Assembly: GCA_000165425.1 (NCBI GenBank)
Contig: CT868585.1
Coordinates: 248,001-312,000 of the forward strand
DNA length: 64,000 nt
Direction: 5' to 3'
Origin: Paramecium tetraurelia
Taxonomy: Eukaryota
The notes beneath the pieces are model-generated. The model searched no databases. It saw nothing but the letters and a program-made list of their open reading frames with translations, and was not told the origin of the DNA. Positions 42,670-56,700 of this stretch are shown here, piece by piece. The number at the start of each line of letters is the position of its first letter. Position 1 is the first letter of the stretch. Made by a program: the position numbers and the translations under genes.

Positions 42670-43485
42670 ATGATTTTAAGAATTAATAAACAATTTTTCA
42701 AAACCTTCTGTTCAACTAAGCCTCCTGTTGATGAAAAGAAGAACGTGATGTATGCTATGCCTCATCCCATCTGGAACTAAGAGGCTATGAATAATGTTAA
42801 GATCGATCACAAATTGCCTTTGACATTTGGTGATAGATTTGCTCATTTATTCATTCAGTCGATGAGAGTTGGATTTGATGTTCTTAGTGGTTATAGGAAG
42901 GTATTTCCTTGGTAGGACAACATAATATCAGAAAAGAAATGGATAAACAGGGTTCTATTTTTAGAGACAGTAGCAGGTGTACCTGGATTCGTTGCAGGAA
43001 TGCATAGACATTTGAGATCCTTAAGAGGCATGAAAAGAGATTTGGGGTGGATTCACACATTATTAGAGGAGGCAGAAAATGAGAGAGTCCATTTGTTGAC
43101 TTTTCTTACAATTAAGAAACCATCATTAATATTCAGAACAGGAGTGATATTGGCTCAATTATGGTATGTTGCATTGTACTCAGTCGCATACATGATTCAA
43201 CCAAGAGTGTGCCATAGAATAGTTGGATATTTAGAGGAGGAAGCTGTGAAGACCTATACTCATATGATTGAGGAAATAGAAATTGAAGGTAGTTCAATTC
43301 ATTCTTGGAAAACGAGGCCTGCACACCAAAACTCAATTGAATATTGGAAATTATCAGAAAATGCAACATTGTTGGATGTGGTCAAAGCAATTAGAAAAGA
43401 TGAAGAACATCATAAGGAAGTAAACCATAAGTTTGCTGATGATTATACTTAATAATCGGAGAATCCATTCCCTCCAGGGTATTGA
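42670..43485 (+). CDS. AOX: Alternative oxidase (mitochondrial)
   Basis: Intronless, 271 aa. FLETVAGVPG, LEEAENERVHL, VGYLEEEAVKTY, IRKDEEHHKEVNH diiron motifs; ends NPFPPGY. Confidence 0.96.
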
Positions 43486-43540
43486 TTTTTAAATTATTAT
43501 CCATTTTATTATCAATGCTTATAATATATTTTTATAATGA

Positions 43541-44633
43541 TCAAAACAATTGAACAGGTGATTTGGTGGCATTTTTAAAATCGTAATAGATAGTAACATT
43601 AGGAGCAGTTTCTTGAGAATTCGACCCTTTGATTGCTAGAGCATCTCCAATCTTTTTATTGAATATTTATTGTAATCTAATGTAATCAATAACTTACTGA
43701 TTTTGCTTTTCAGCATCTAAATATAATCTGATATCTGTAATGCCTCCATGCCTATCTTGCAATTCTTTATTGATAAACATGAGAGGGTCATTGTAAGCTA
43801 CAACAATTTCGAAGTTTGGATAAGGCCAATCTTTTTCTAATATTACAAATTTAAGTTTAATGTATTAATGTTATTCACTGTCCATTTCGAATGATGGCTA
43901 AAATAAGTATTTTATTAAGTATGTATATGTACATAGATATTATTAGAGTTCATTTTAATTTTAATAATGAAATATACTATCATAATTCTTCAAACCCATC
44001 TTCAACTTATAGATTACGCTCTACTGGTTATGATTATTTTGGTTCTGGTTAGTCTTGTTAACCTTCTGTTTACTTTTTGATCCATTCTCGGGTTTTAAGA
44101 AATCGTTCAGGGGTTTTAGGTTCAAAGTTGAGTTATCTGAATGCTTTTTCTCTTCTAAGGCGACCCCCAAATTTAAAGAATTATTGAGACCAATGTTTAA
44201 TTGCATGTTAAAGATCGACTATTGTTTTCGGTTCTTTCCACCAAGTAACTACTTTAGTAGCACTATTCTCTTGAACATAACTAAGAAATTCATAATAATC
44301 AATAAGCATTTTGAGCAACTCGTCTTGAAATTCGATTTCGTGATTAATGAGGTCTTGTATTTGTTTATGTATTTACAATTTCAAGAAATTAATCTGCTCT
44401 GAAAAGTCTTTCACCATGAAAGAAAGTGAGATAGAGAGAATTGATTGTATTACTTAATCACAGGTTTAGAGTGTAGGATTATTGAGGGAAAACTTAGGAC
44501 TTAAACTAAGTTTGTAGTTTGTTTCTTGATTAATAAGAGTGTCTATTTCGACTTGAGGATCGATCATAATCTCATTCTCATTCTACTCAACATGGACGAC
44601 CTCAATATTTGAACGAGGGCACAAGGCACCCAT
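43541..44633 (-). CDS. Hypothetical protein with N-terminal MGALC (possible myristoylation/palmitoylation)
   Basis: Open frame in code 6 with a probable mini-intron at ~43910-43935. Ends PVQLF-TGA. Confidence 0.65.
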
Positions 44634-44674
44634 TTAATTAATTATATAAATGCAACACATTATATATATATCCA

Positions 44675-46224
44675 TCACAGTATATCTGATGGTAAAGGCA
44701 TCTCAAATATGAAATGACTAGCCATTATGCTAGCAGCTTCAGGTTGGTCCATAGGAACCATGTGCCCAGCATTTCTTATAGAAACAAAGGTCAAGCCATC
44801 GATTTCCCAGACGCTACCAGCATTTTGTGGCTCTGATCCTTTGTCTCCTGGCTTGTACCAAGGTCTCCATTCCTCAATGGTTGGTAAGTCTAAAACATTA
44901 TGATTAATATATACTTAGTTCCTTCTACAATTTATCGATCCAATACAAAGTACCAGTGATGGGAACAATAGCATCGACATCACCACTGAATTTCAGGATC
45001 CTAATTCCATTCTTGAGAAGCTTAGGATATAAGTGATAAGTGGCTCCTGGATCCTTCTTGTAATCAATGTTTGAGCAGTCATTCCAATAACCAGCGTCTT
45101 CTCTAATATGTAAAGCCTAGCATATAGATAAGTGGAGAGTACCTTTCTAAATGCTGCATTGTTGAGATACAGGAACAAGGCTTCTGATTCAGAGCATTCA
45201 TTGACTTATCCAACCACTCCTTCCTTCATTGGATGTAATTTGAATCTCTTATCTCTCACCAATTCTCCTTTCTCATTATAATATGGCAATTGATAGCATT
45301 TTCCATATACATTATATGGATTAAAATAGAAGTCACTATAATAATAAGTTGAATAGTAGTACTCATCTCCATTGATTTGTTCCATCACTTCTCCAAAGAT
45401 TTCCATGCATTCTGGAATTGCTTTCATGTGACAATAACTTGTCATTGTTTCGATCTTGTCATTTAATTTCTCACTGATGAATCCATGACCATGAAGGAAC
45501 TTGTAAAAATGCACAGGGAAATTGAATCCCAAATCTGTGCATTCTGTTGGATCTGTGCATCCATTACCAATCATCAAACCCTTCAATCTGATCCTATCCC
45601 CAATTGCTACCTTGGCATTGTAATCAATGATCTCATTTGCCAATGTTGGAATGTAGATTCCAGCCCAGCTCTCTCCGGCAATATAAAAGTCTATGCTCTT
45701 GTATTCTGGGAATTTCTTAAAGAATTCAATCACTGCCTTCAAATTATCCTTTGCTGTGCTCTTGTCATCTGTAGTTGTATTTCCAAAAGAAAATCCGACT
45801 CCTGCTGGACTCTCCAAGTAAAACATGTTAGCCTATCAAATAGACATTCAATATTACAAAATTCAACCAAGTGAACAGATTTTATTTGAAATTATTTGTA
45901 CCCAATTCTACTGTGAATGGCCCATTTTCCACCATGGCTCCATAAAGAGATGAGCATCCAGGACCTCCATTTAACCACAATACGAGTGGAAATGTAGCTT
46001 ACAATGGTCCAGCTAAGCTAAAGGCTGGAAAAGCAAAATAATGGAATTGCTTTTTACCAGCGTCATCGATTGGCAAATACCCAGAATACCTAAGAATTAA
46101 GTCTAATTCCTTACATCTTTCCTGAATATGGAATCTTGAACTTAGCCCATGTGGACCCGTCAACCAAATCTTCAGCTGGGGCTCCTGCAACGAATCCTAT
46201 AAAACAAAGGAGTGACAAAATCAT
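44675..46224 (-). CDS. Serine carboxypeptidase, family S10
   Basis: Signal peptide. [73 protein letters not shown]. Confidence 0.95.
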
Positions 46225-47410
46225 AATTATGATAAATTATATTAAGTCATCATACATCGCCTTTAATTAATATCTTCAAATATAATTAGATCAAACATAT
46301 GAGCGAATTAATTAAATTTTTATTTATTACAACATCAACTTTAATTACATTGATCTCCATATTGCTTAGAAGTTTACAATATTACCCACAAAATCTCTCT
46401 CAAAAATAGAAAAATAATTAAACCAATCTGAATTCATAAGATAATTATGATGAATAAAAAAATCATATATACTCCTGATCCAATTCAGTTATTTCCTATA
46501 GACGTTGAATTTGATTATTTGTTCTTATACATTCGGTGAAGATTAATACTCACCTTAGTTTATAAAATTATACCTAAATTTTTAAATCATCTTTTCTTAC
46601 TTTTCATTAAAGTCATTAAGTATTGTAAATATCATCGTTACTGCAATAAGATACCATCGCAATCAACTTATCCAAAAATATTGTTATTGAACTTATATGA
46701 AACTTTGGAAGATTAATTGCCGAAAATTAATAAATAACATAATAAGATGATGAAATTTTAGATACACAAAACCTGATCCCAGAAATAAAAGGGAAATGGA
46801 AAACATGATAAAAATATTAAATCTTAATTCTAAATATGAATCTTAATATTTATTATTAGTACAAATTGAATATGGATGTTAACAATAAGTAGTTATTAAT
46901 TAGGTGCTAATAAAGTAATAAGTAACAACAAATAACCAATTATTCCTTTTATTTCATATACAGATTGTTGTTGTCCTCTTTCTCTTTGAGATTTATCAAA
47001 TTTATAAATAATTATTGTATAATGATATTTTTTATGATATCGAATTAATTCTTGCATTTGTATCTACATCTTTCTTTGAAGAGAGCTTTATCTCATTTCA
47101 TAATTTAGTTTAAAATAGATATTTAGGAAATTAAGAGAATCAGTTAATTAGAAATTCTTTTACTATATTAAATATAGAAAGTGAAAAAAGATTTAAAGAA
47201 GATTCATTACATACTAGTAGTGTAAATATATCGATAACCTAATGATTATTCTAAATAAACTTACCATTTTAAAGATAAGTAAACCCTCTATTATCCAGTT
47301 TACAAGTTAAAATATATTAATATGTATAAATCAAAAAAAAATATAATTTGTAGTAATTGTAAAAGTGAAGAAAAAAAATATTTTTAATAAGATATTTCTT
47401 AATTAATTAT

Positions 47411-50400
47411 TCATCTTTATTTTGGAAGCCATAGTAAAGTGTACCCATAGTCTTCTAATAGCAGTTATCTATATGTTAGCACAACGGAATCAGAAATAAT
47501 TTAGCACATATCATATAATTTCATCATTTTGCCTGCATATCCTTCAAAATCTGTTTAAGTGTTATCGAATGCTTAAGTGCCATGTTGCAGATAATTCATT
47601 ACTGTGGCTCCTATAGAATCAAAGTAAATATTATCATAAGCAATTAAGTCATCCTAAAATGCTTTCTACCATTCTGAATAATAGTCTCTTATATCATTAG
47701 CAGAAGAAATCTTGGGTCTTTCTTTGTTTTTTGATTCATTTAGATATTTAAAAAGGAAGTAGAAAGTTTCAGCCTCTTTTGAGTAATTATAGAAGGATTC
47801 AGAATAGGAGAACAGAATTCTACACATAGTCAAAAATATTTCTTCACTTTCAGTGACATAAAATTTTATTAATTCTAACTTAATCGCATCATTTAGACTT
47901 CCAGTATAAAACACATTCTATTGTTATTGAGTTAATAACTTGAGAGCTCTATTATTAGAATAAGGATAGAGTCTATTCCATAGTTTAAATTCACTTAAAT
48001 CAAAGAAAACTCTAAAGTAATTTTCACAAATATCTTCTTATAATAAACTCTGCAAATTTGATCCACTTTAATCAATATAATGTAAATTGATAATGAAATT
48101 GACATTTTTGAATCTTGTTTCTACTTTAAAAATCGTTTTAAAAAATACCGCCTTGCCTTCTGTAAATTTACTTAATAATCTTTATCTAATTTCTGAAAGA
48201 TCCTCTGCCTTTAGAATCTCTTCAATAGTCAGAAAAGGTTCAAATCTATCTTTTTTGGTAAAGAATCCCATGACCATCATTTCTGTGGATACTTCTAACC
48301 ATGAAACATATTTGAGAATGGTATCTATGAAAATCTATTAAGCATGTGGATAGGAAGCTCCTTTGACAATCCAATCCCAATGTAGACTCCATTCACCATA
48401 AGTTCGATTGATGACATCAGCATCATGAAATAGATAAGTTCCAGACACTGCTAAAATAGGCATAACTTTGTAAGCTTCAGGGATAGGTCTTTTTAATGCC
48501 TTCCTCCATGGGAATTCATCTAGATAGGCTTTAAGACCTGATATTTCAAAGACAGCTGCATAATATAGGCATTATTTCCATCCAATAATAGGTTTTAGAT
48601 CCAGATCATCCATGTCCTCAGTGATAAAATTGTATAACTCCATACTTGGATCATTTCCATAATTGATCCTCTTATCTTCACTTAATTGATTAATCATTTG
48701 ATCATAAACTTCTTTTCTCTCAATTTCGAATAGTTAATATTTGATAGCCTTAGTTTCGACCTTAAATTGTGCTGTGGGTAAGGCATTGGGTAACTACTTA
48801 CCAAAAAAGATATCCCTTAAGATATAATACAAATTATCAAAAAGATCATATTCATTTAAGAACTGTAATATAATGACATCCTCAATATCAGCTTCCTTTT
48901 TATATTTAAATTCTTTATCTATTTTTTTGGCCTGAATTTCAGTACTAACATGTAACATTTTTTTAGGTGCTTTCAGTGATTAAAATTCCTCATATGTATA
49001 ATAACCAGAGTTTTCTGATATTAATTTATTCTACTTAAGAGAATCAAATATATATAATGATAAACTGACAGTAATAGCTCCAACTCTCTACAAGTTGCCT
49101 ATACCTATAAATTTAGTAACTTTGACCATTGCCTTTAAGACTTGATATGAATTCTCTTCAATCAAGAACCCACCCTATCTATCCTCCATTTCTCTTAACA
49201 ATCTAAATAGAAACTCTCTGTATCTGATAATATCACTCCCAGATGATCTACCAAATGTAACCATTAATTCTTGTCTGTAAACGTTATAAGTAGATGTTAT
49301 GATAGGTCTTAGAATGGCTTATTACTTTTTATCATATTCCTCCATTAACATTTAAAGGATATTATTCAATTTTGTTAATTGGATTAAAGATGAATAGTCA
49401 CTACTAATAATCTAAATGATTGAATCTAACAAATCTCTTCTTTAATCGGCATTCTCAATATATAATGCTAAATAAAACAATTCCCAAGCAGATGCACCAA
49501 TATTCTATTCCTCCCATTTTTTAAGAACCAACATCAAATGGTTCTTCACAAAATCCTTATAGTAAACACTCTTATTAAATGTTTCATTTTCTTTATAAAA
49601 ATATGAAGCATAAATTTGAGCTTGACCTTCATCAAAGAAGACTCCTTTCAGTAATGATCCTAGTGGTTGATTCTAATAAGATATTTTCTAAACTTATTGG
49701 CCGTCATTTTTAAAAAGATGGAGATTATAAATTTTATAGACTTCTATATATTAGAACCCTTCTGGATTATTGTCATCAATTCCTTCCATAAGATCAAGAT
49801 TTTCAAATCCCTTCACTCTACAATAACCTTTCCAATAAATGTTACTCTTGTTTTTAGTGTACTCTTTTATATCATTAAGAAATTTATTTTTATTAGTGTT
49901 ACTAATATTTTTCATTTTCCAAGTAATCTTTTTCTATTCTTTTTTGTCTTAATCAAAATAGTAGATGAGAAACACTTTGATAAGATTTAGATCCTATTTA
50001 TTGTTGATACTCTGACAATCCTCAAAAACAAAATTGGCAAACATATCAAAAGCGACTTCATCTGAACTTGCTTATACAAAACATTCACAATTGATTTCCA
50101 AATCTTTTGGATGAGCTTTTGGATAAGTAATCAAACCAGATTTTATGATATATCCTCCAGATAATGAATTTACCACTTGAATTCTACCTTGAGGATATTC
50201 CTTAATAAATGAAGGTAAAATATTTTGGATTGCAAAATAAAACTCTTTTAAATTGGGCAGGAACACATATTCAAGCATCTTCTCATAGCCATAAACTTCA
50301 AATTTCTGTTCTTCAAACACTTCTTCTAATTCATTCTGAGAATTAATTATTCTTATCTTTTGTTTGAAACTATAACTAATTTTATAAATGTGATATTTTC

Positions 50401-50790
50401 TGGTTTCTATGCATGGGGTCTTCCTAAAATTCTTTGCTAGTTTTTCAAATGTTGTATAGATGTCAGTTTTTAGATTTTATACTCCCAATGTCCTTGAAAC
50501 TTCACACCATGGATTTTTAGGTACCAAATCCCCTGAAATAGCAGCTCGTAATCCTGTGGTTAGTGCTTATTCTAGTTGAGTGAATGCCAAATATTCATTG
50601 ACTAACTATAAAGTAGATTAGGAGAAGCATGTACACTTTCATGTTTGGATTTCTACTCATTTTATTGGTCTCCATCATCTTCATCTGAATCTAGTTGTTG
50701 CTGCAGATTCTTCTTGAACTTCTCTGTCAAATCGGATGTCTTATTAGTCCGCTTCTTGATTGTCTTGAATTGAGTTTTATGTCTACTCAT
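47411..50790 (-). CDS. Large (~1100 aa) hypothetical protein with N-terminal Dpy-30/RIIa-like dimerisation motif
   Basis: One intron near 50607-50635, then a continuous frame to TGA at 47411. NEYLAFTQLEQALTTGLRAAISGDLVPKNPWCEVSRTL. Confidence 0.7.
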
Positions 50791-50806
50791 AATTATTTAA
50801 TATAAT

Positions 50807-51809
50807 TCATCTAAATGTTTTTTAACCCCTATTCTCAAAGTGAGATTGAATCAAAGAATTTCGTTCATTTATTTTTTGGTCCTGACTTGGCTCAAGAGGC
50901 AATTGATATAGTCCAATCCAATCTTAACGCTTACTCGGATCAGGCTGAATGCATTAGGTTATGAAGGTCATCAAATTCTTGGAGTAGAACTAATCTAGCC
51001 ATTTCAAAGGGTTTTCGAAAGCTTAAAACAAGGTAAGACATTACAGGAGCACAATCCTATATAAATAATGATATTCTCTCATTACCCAAAAGCGAATACA
51101 TCTACTTTGAATGGATTTATTTATGCTGTTTCCAAGAGACTGGCTTCTGAGTTGATGAATGGCTTGGTTTCTGGAGCCAAAAATACTTGAATCTCAGGGT
51201 CCTTTGTTTACTGATACTTGATGAAATTGCCCCATCTCCCACCAATCAACTCTTAATCATACACTCTATAGAGGAGATACTCCTCATCAAAATAGATGGT
51301 CTTAGTAGTAATCATTCCATGGGGAATATTGTTATTTTAAAAGAAATGCATTGCCTACATTACTCCCTTTATAAGACACCAAACTTCTGGCTCAGGTATC
51401 AAATATCGCTTTGCTTATCTTCTCTCTGTTAATTCATGCAAAGTTAATTGACCATATTCAAAAAAAACAAAAATCTAAAATACTTCTGTCTATCCAAATT
51501 AGCCGGGTTTCGTTGTTTTTTGGCTTTCACTTTCAATCGTATAGAAAATATGCGGTTGCTTGATCTTACAACGCTCCTTATATTGCTTAAGTAACAGCTA
51601 TTATTGGTTAACATCCATCTATTAAACTGGAACAGAACACACCAATTTTGAAACCATATATCTGTTAGGAACGTACATTTGTACTTTGCAAAGGGATGGA
51701 ATCGAAATAATCGTAATTGTCCACGCTATGGGCAGAAGATGTTGTCTACAAATTTCAATTCCTCGAAGTTATTCAATACAAGTGTTTTTGGATCCCCTCT
51801 TTTCGCCAT
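50807..51809 (-). CDS. Kinase-like protein (probable pseudokinase)
   Basis: FEYGQLTL, IPEPEVW, HGMITTKTIYF, FLAPE, NPFKVDVFAFG, DPSKR. Two mini-introns. Confidence 0.8.
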
Positions 51810-52231
51810 TCAATTTTAATTTTAATGTTATAAATGCATATTAATATAATTTACTCATTAATACAATATTCAACTTTATCAACTAAAAAATCGAAATCAA
51901 ATACCATTCATAATTCATAAACTTGTTTAAATACAGTTATTTATGTCTGTAAAATATTTATTTTTCTCTGCATTTAATTTATGAATCAAAAGGAGACATC
52001 TCAAATATATTTTTGATTAATTTTTCATCTGATGTTAATCTAATTACACAGTGTGTCTAGAATAATATTGCTGAATCGATTGCTTTATTTTATATTTATT
52101 TTCTTCTTAATCCATTTAATGTATAAATTTATATTAAACAATTATAAGTAAATATAATTTATTTAAATCTTTAAGATATTATTGTATATAATAGTGAGCA
52201 AATTTTGAGAAAAAAAACTATAAAATTTTAT

Positions 52232-53086
52232 ATGATTTAAAAATAAGTTATATATCTCTTAGTGTTGGTTATTTTGGGTAATACCCTTACGGTTGATACA
52301 ACAATGCATTGCGATTGTAGTGAATTAAGATCATAAGACTGTTAATTAAGTTAATACTGTTATTGGAATGATAATTATTGCGAATCTTATCCAAATAAAT
52401 GTGCGATATTCACAACTTAATCAAAATGTACTCCAACTCTAACAAATTACTTATGCAAATGGGATGATAATTCTTGTGTATCCCATTTCTATAAATGTGA
52501 TGAATTCTCATCAAGTTCAGACTGTCCATGTTACTGGAACTTGGATAGCGAGTGTGCTGAATTCAAAGGATGCTCAAACTATGATGAGGAAAACTGTCCT
52601 GCTTCTTAAGGATGTGTATACAAAGTGAGTGAATGTCAAGCAGAAGATTATGTTACTTGTTCTGATCAGACCTCAGCAACTTGTAGTGGCAAAGAAGGAA
52701 TGTATTCAGCCTGTGCTGTTAATAATGATAATTAATGTGACTCATACTCTCTATTTGCTTAGTGTTCTGATTTAAATAATTTTAAAACTAAATGCGAAGA
52801 ATTTGGATGTAAATTTGAAAATAATGAGTGTTCATTAATCGAATGTAAAGATTTGAGTGTTCAAAATTGCACTAGTGTTAAAGTTGATACAGAAACCAAA
52901 AAGCTATGTAGAGTTTAACAATAAAAATGTGTTGAGGCTGAGGACACAACTTATTTAAATATTGATTCTTGCTACATATCAACTGATGGCAACTATAAAT
53001 GGGTTGGAAGTTGTGTTGAATGCGAATCATTAGTGTATTCGAATTTGCTAACTTATGTCAGTTTATTTTTAGTAACTTATTTATGA
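52232..53086 (+). CDS. Small Cys-rich, probably GPI-anchored surface protein (mini-antigen type)
   Basis: Intronless, 284 aa. Signal peptide, CDCSEL start, repeated C-x-W-x4-C motifs, hydrophobic C-terminal tail. Confidence 0.85.
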
Positions 53087-53745
53087 GATATGAATAAATG
53101 AATTTTATTTAAATATTATCAATTTAATATAATTATCAATTATTTATAATTAAATATAATAACATAAAGATCATCACTTAATACTATTGAGAGTTATTAA
53201 AGTATTGTATTTTACTGAAAGTATTCTAAATCAAATATTATTTATAAGAATCCTTTCCATTTACAAATAAATAGTTCACTACTTACAATCACATTTTATA
53301 ATTAGATTATAAGAATCCTAAATGTTTTTTATCTTCATTATTATAAAATGGTATATCAGCAAACGATAGCTTCTATGTAATTTTCATATCTATTTTTATT
53401 AATTACTCTATTCTTTATATTATATATAAACAATCCGTTTCTGATTAGAGACACCATAAAATTAATTAGAGAAGAATCAAATAGTTATTATAAAGTAATT
53501 AAGTAAATGATTAAAAATTACAATAAGAAGACTTTAACTAGAATATTAATTTAAGAGACATTAAATAGAATATTAAATTCTAAACTTCACATCTAAATTT
53601 CTTTGTCCCTTCTTATAAGTTGGATATAAGTTAAACCCTATATTTAATTAGAATAGATAGAAATTGATTGTGTTAATAATCCTTTGCTAATGCTTATTTT
53701 GATTAGTTTAAGTTGTTTATTTTATAATTATATATTTTAAATTAA

Positions 53746-56700
53746 ATGGAAAAGGATAAAAAGGAATTTTAAAATAAATAGGCAAATAGGTTAGCTGAGG
53801 TTATGAGTAACTCAGCTGTTCTTGAAGAAGAGAAGGCTGTGTTCTTGAAAAATATTGCAAATGGGAGTCATTTATACATAGATCCTCTGGTTGATACCGT
53901 TAAGAAAACCTTAAAATCAAAATTTCCATTCCAAACTAAGTTTAATGCATTGATGGTAAATCAGTTGAGTTATTAGTTAGCTTCTAAAAGATGCTATGAA
54001 TACAAGAAACAAGGAAATGGCTAATTATGTAACCATTAAGATATTGGATCGTTTAAAAGCAATAGCAAAATAATCACTGAAACCTGATAAAAATAAACTC
54101 TTCACTCCTCCAGATCCTGGAGATGAATTTTATTTGCTATTGTTAGAGTGTTTATACAATTGGTCGATCTTTTTTCAATTGCCAGCAGATTAGAAGATGT
54201 AACCCAGCGCATTTAAAAATGTCTGCAGTGAGTTACAATAGGCAGGAATCAGATTTCCTACTTAATTCAAATACTTTTAAATCATAGATCTACAGAATAA
54301 AAAGCCAGAACAACCAGATTAAAAACAGAGTTCATAACAGCAATAACAATAAAAATAATAATAACAAAAATAATAAGTGACCCCAAAACCTGCCTCAAAA
54401 CCTTAAACTAAGCCCAAGAAAAATGACAATAAGGCATTTGATGCCGCTGTTGAGTCATTTACTTCGATATAGGGTCTTTTCAATGTTATTATTGATCTCT
54501 TAAGAGAAAACGAAGACCTCACATGTAATGATATTTGTGACTTTATTAGATCTACTAAGTTTCTATTCAGAACTTGAATCACTCATAATTCGAATTGAAA
54601 ACCAACTGTTTGAGTTGGAAGAAGAGGACGATCCAAGGAAAGAGATGTTAAGTGAGGATCTAATTAAACTTAGTACTAAGGGAAATGAATTGGTTGCTGA
54701 TATTTAAAAGTGTTAGAAGGGAGATATGCCATGGATTGTCCTAAGGAATAAGCATCATCCTAAATTGTAAGAATTTGTTTAATCACTCAAATTCCCTTTG
54801 GATGAACCAAACGTAATAGAAAAGCAAAAAGAAGTATAGTAATCAGATTAAAAAACTCAAGAAGTTCAAAAGTAAGTGCCCTAGAATGATAATCCCTTTT
54901 TCTTCTCTTAGGTTGCTAATTTCGAATAGGATGATATAGAAAAAACTAAGTCAGATTTAATCTTATAATAACAACAGAGGCTATAGCAGCAATCTCAGCC
55001 TGTCCCTGTTGTTTAAACACAAAAGCAACAAGAATTGCCTTAAAAATAATAGGAACAAACTCCTAAGATGGATTAATGGGATTCATAATAAGCCCCCATT
55101 TCTTGGAATTAACCAGAAAATACTCAAGCCCCTGAAACTAATTTCTAATTTAATGGTTTTGAATAAAGGTAAGCTACAGATCCTGATAATCAATTTGTGT
55201 CTTAATGGAATATGCCAGAATAAAAGTAGGAACAATAACACTTTGAAAATCCATTTTCACAATAGAATTTTGATAGCAAAGACAAGCACAATTTACCATT
55301 CGATTCCAAAAGACACAACACTGATCCTGATTCTTAAAATGGGTGGGGAGTTCAGAAATAAGAGCCTTAAGGTTAATAATGGGATCCTGGATTTGCTCCT
55401 TGGCAAAACGAAAGAAAGGATTCAAAGTAGGATGAAGAGGTGGTTGTTGAGAAGATGAGACCCACTATTATGCCTTAACCACAGGAGTAACAATAATAAA
55501 GGAAGAAAAATCCCAATCCTTTTGAAAGACAATCATCAGTGATATCTGAGGATAACAACATATAGTTTCCAAATTTGTGGGGGAATCCTGATACTAAACC
55601 ATCCCAGGATGGATTTACAGGGTTTTCTAAAGTTATGGACAATAAAAGTGAATTTAAGACAGAAGTGGACAGTAAACCAGATTCAAATATATTTAAATTC
55701 AATGATCAGGATATTGATTTGGAAATTATGGCTGGATCATCTAAGTATAGTAAGTAGGACAGATCTAAAAGTGTTGATTCTTAATAAGGAATGCATATGC
55801 CATAAAATCAATGGGAACCTAAATCCAATGGTTAAGATTTTAAAAACAAGGAAGTTGATTCTGGGTTAGATGGCAACTATCAATGGGGTATGGAAATGAA
55901 AAAGGAAGATCCTGATGATTTTGTAGACCCATATGCAAATAGATTTGAAGATGATTTTAGTAAGAAAATAGAGAGATACGCCTTCGACGATCATTCTGAA
56001 AAAAGAGCTAATTTAGATCAGTTTGGTATGTCTGATCAACCTTAATTTGATAATCAATTTGCTTTTGATATACAGAATTTACCTAAAAATAGTGTCTATT
56101 TGATGGGGTAGAAGATGTTGTAGATTGACAACCAGGTAATTGAATTTTCGAAACAGTTTTATTCAAAATCAGCAAGAAAGACTGGAATTAGGATGGCTGA
56201 TGCAGAAGTTCAAGCATCAGAGTAAATACTGACATTGCTTAAAAATAATCCATAGTAAGAGATGGAACATCAGGAGTAGAAACAAAAACTATTGAAACAA
56301 ATACAAATCTTATTATAACAGAATGGAGAGTATGAATAAGAGGTTAAGGAATAAAAGTCAATAATCGAAAAGTATGAATAAGATTTTAAATCGTATAAAT
56401 AGTAATCATAAAAATGGACTGATGTTTACACTTCTCTCAACAAATAATTAATAAATCTGAATGAATACTATAAACAATAAAAGGAGTAGATAGCTATCTT
56501 ATAAGAGGAAATTTACAAGTTATCCCATGAGAATCAACAGTTAAATGATAAATATTGTGAAACTATTAAATAGATTTCAGATTATAAATGTAATGAGGAA
56601 TCATTGTTGAATAAAATAAGAATAATCGAGAAGCAATTTAAATAAATCACTTTTAATCATAAATGTCCTATACAGCAATATTTAGAGCAATATCTCAAAG

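Noticed and set aside
50790..50809. Possible fusion of the pseudokinase with the downstream 1100-aa gene
   Set aside because: In-frame TGA at 50807-50809; these are two genes 16 nt apart.
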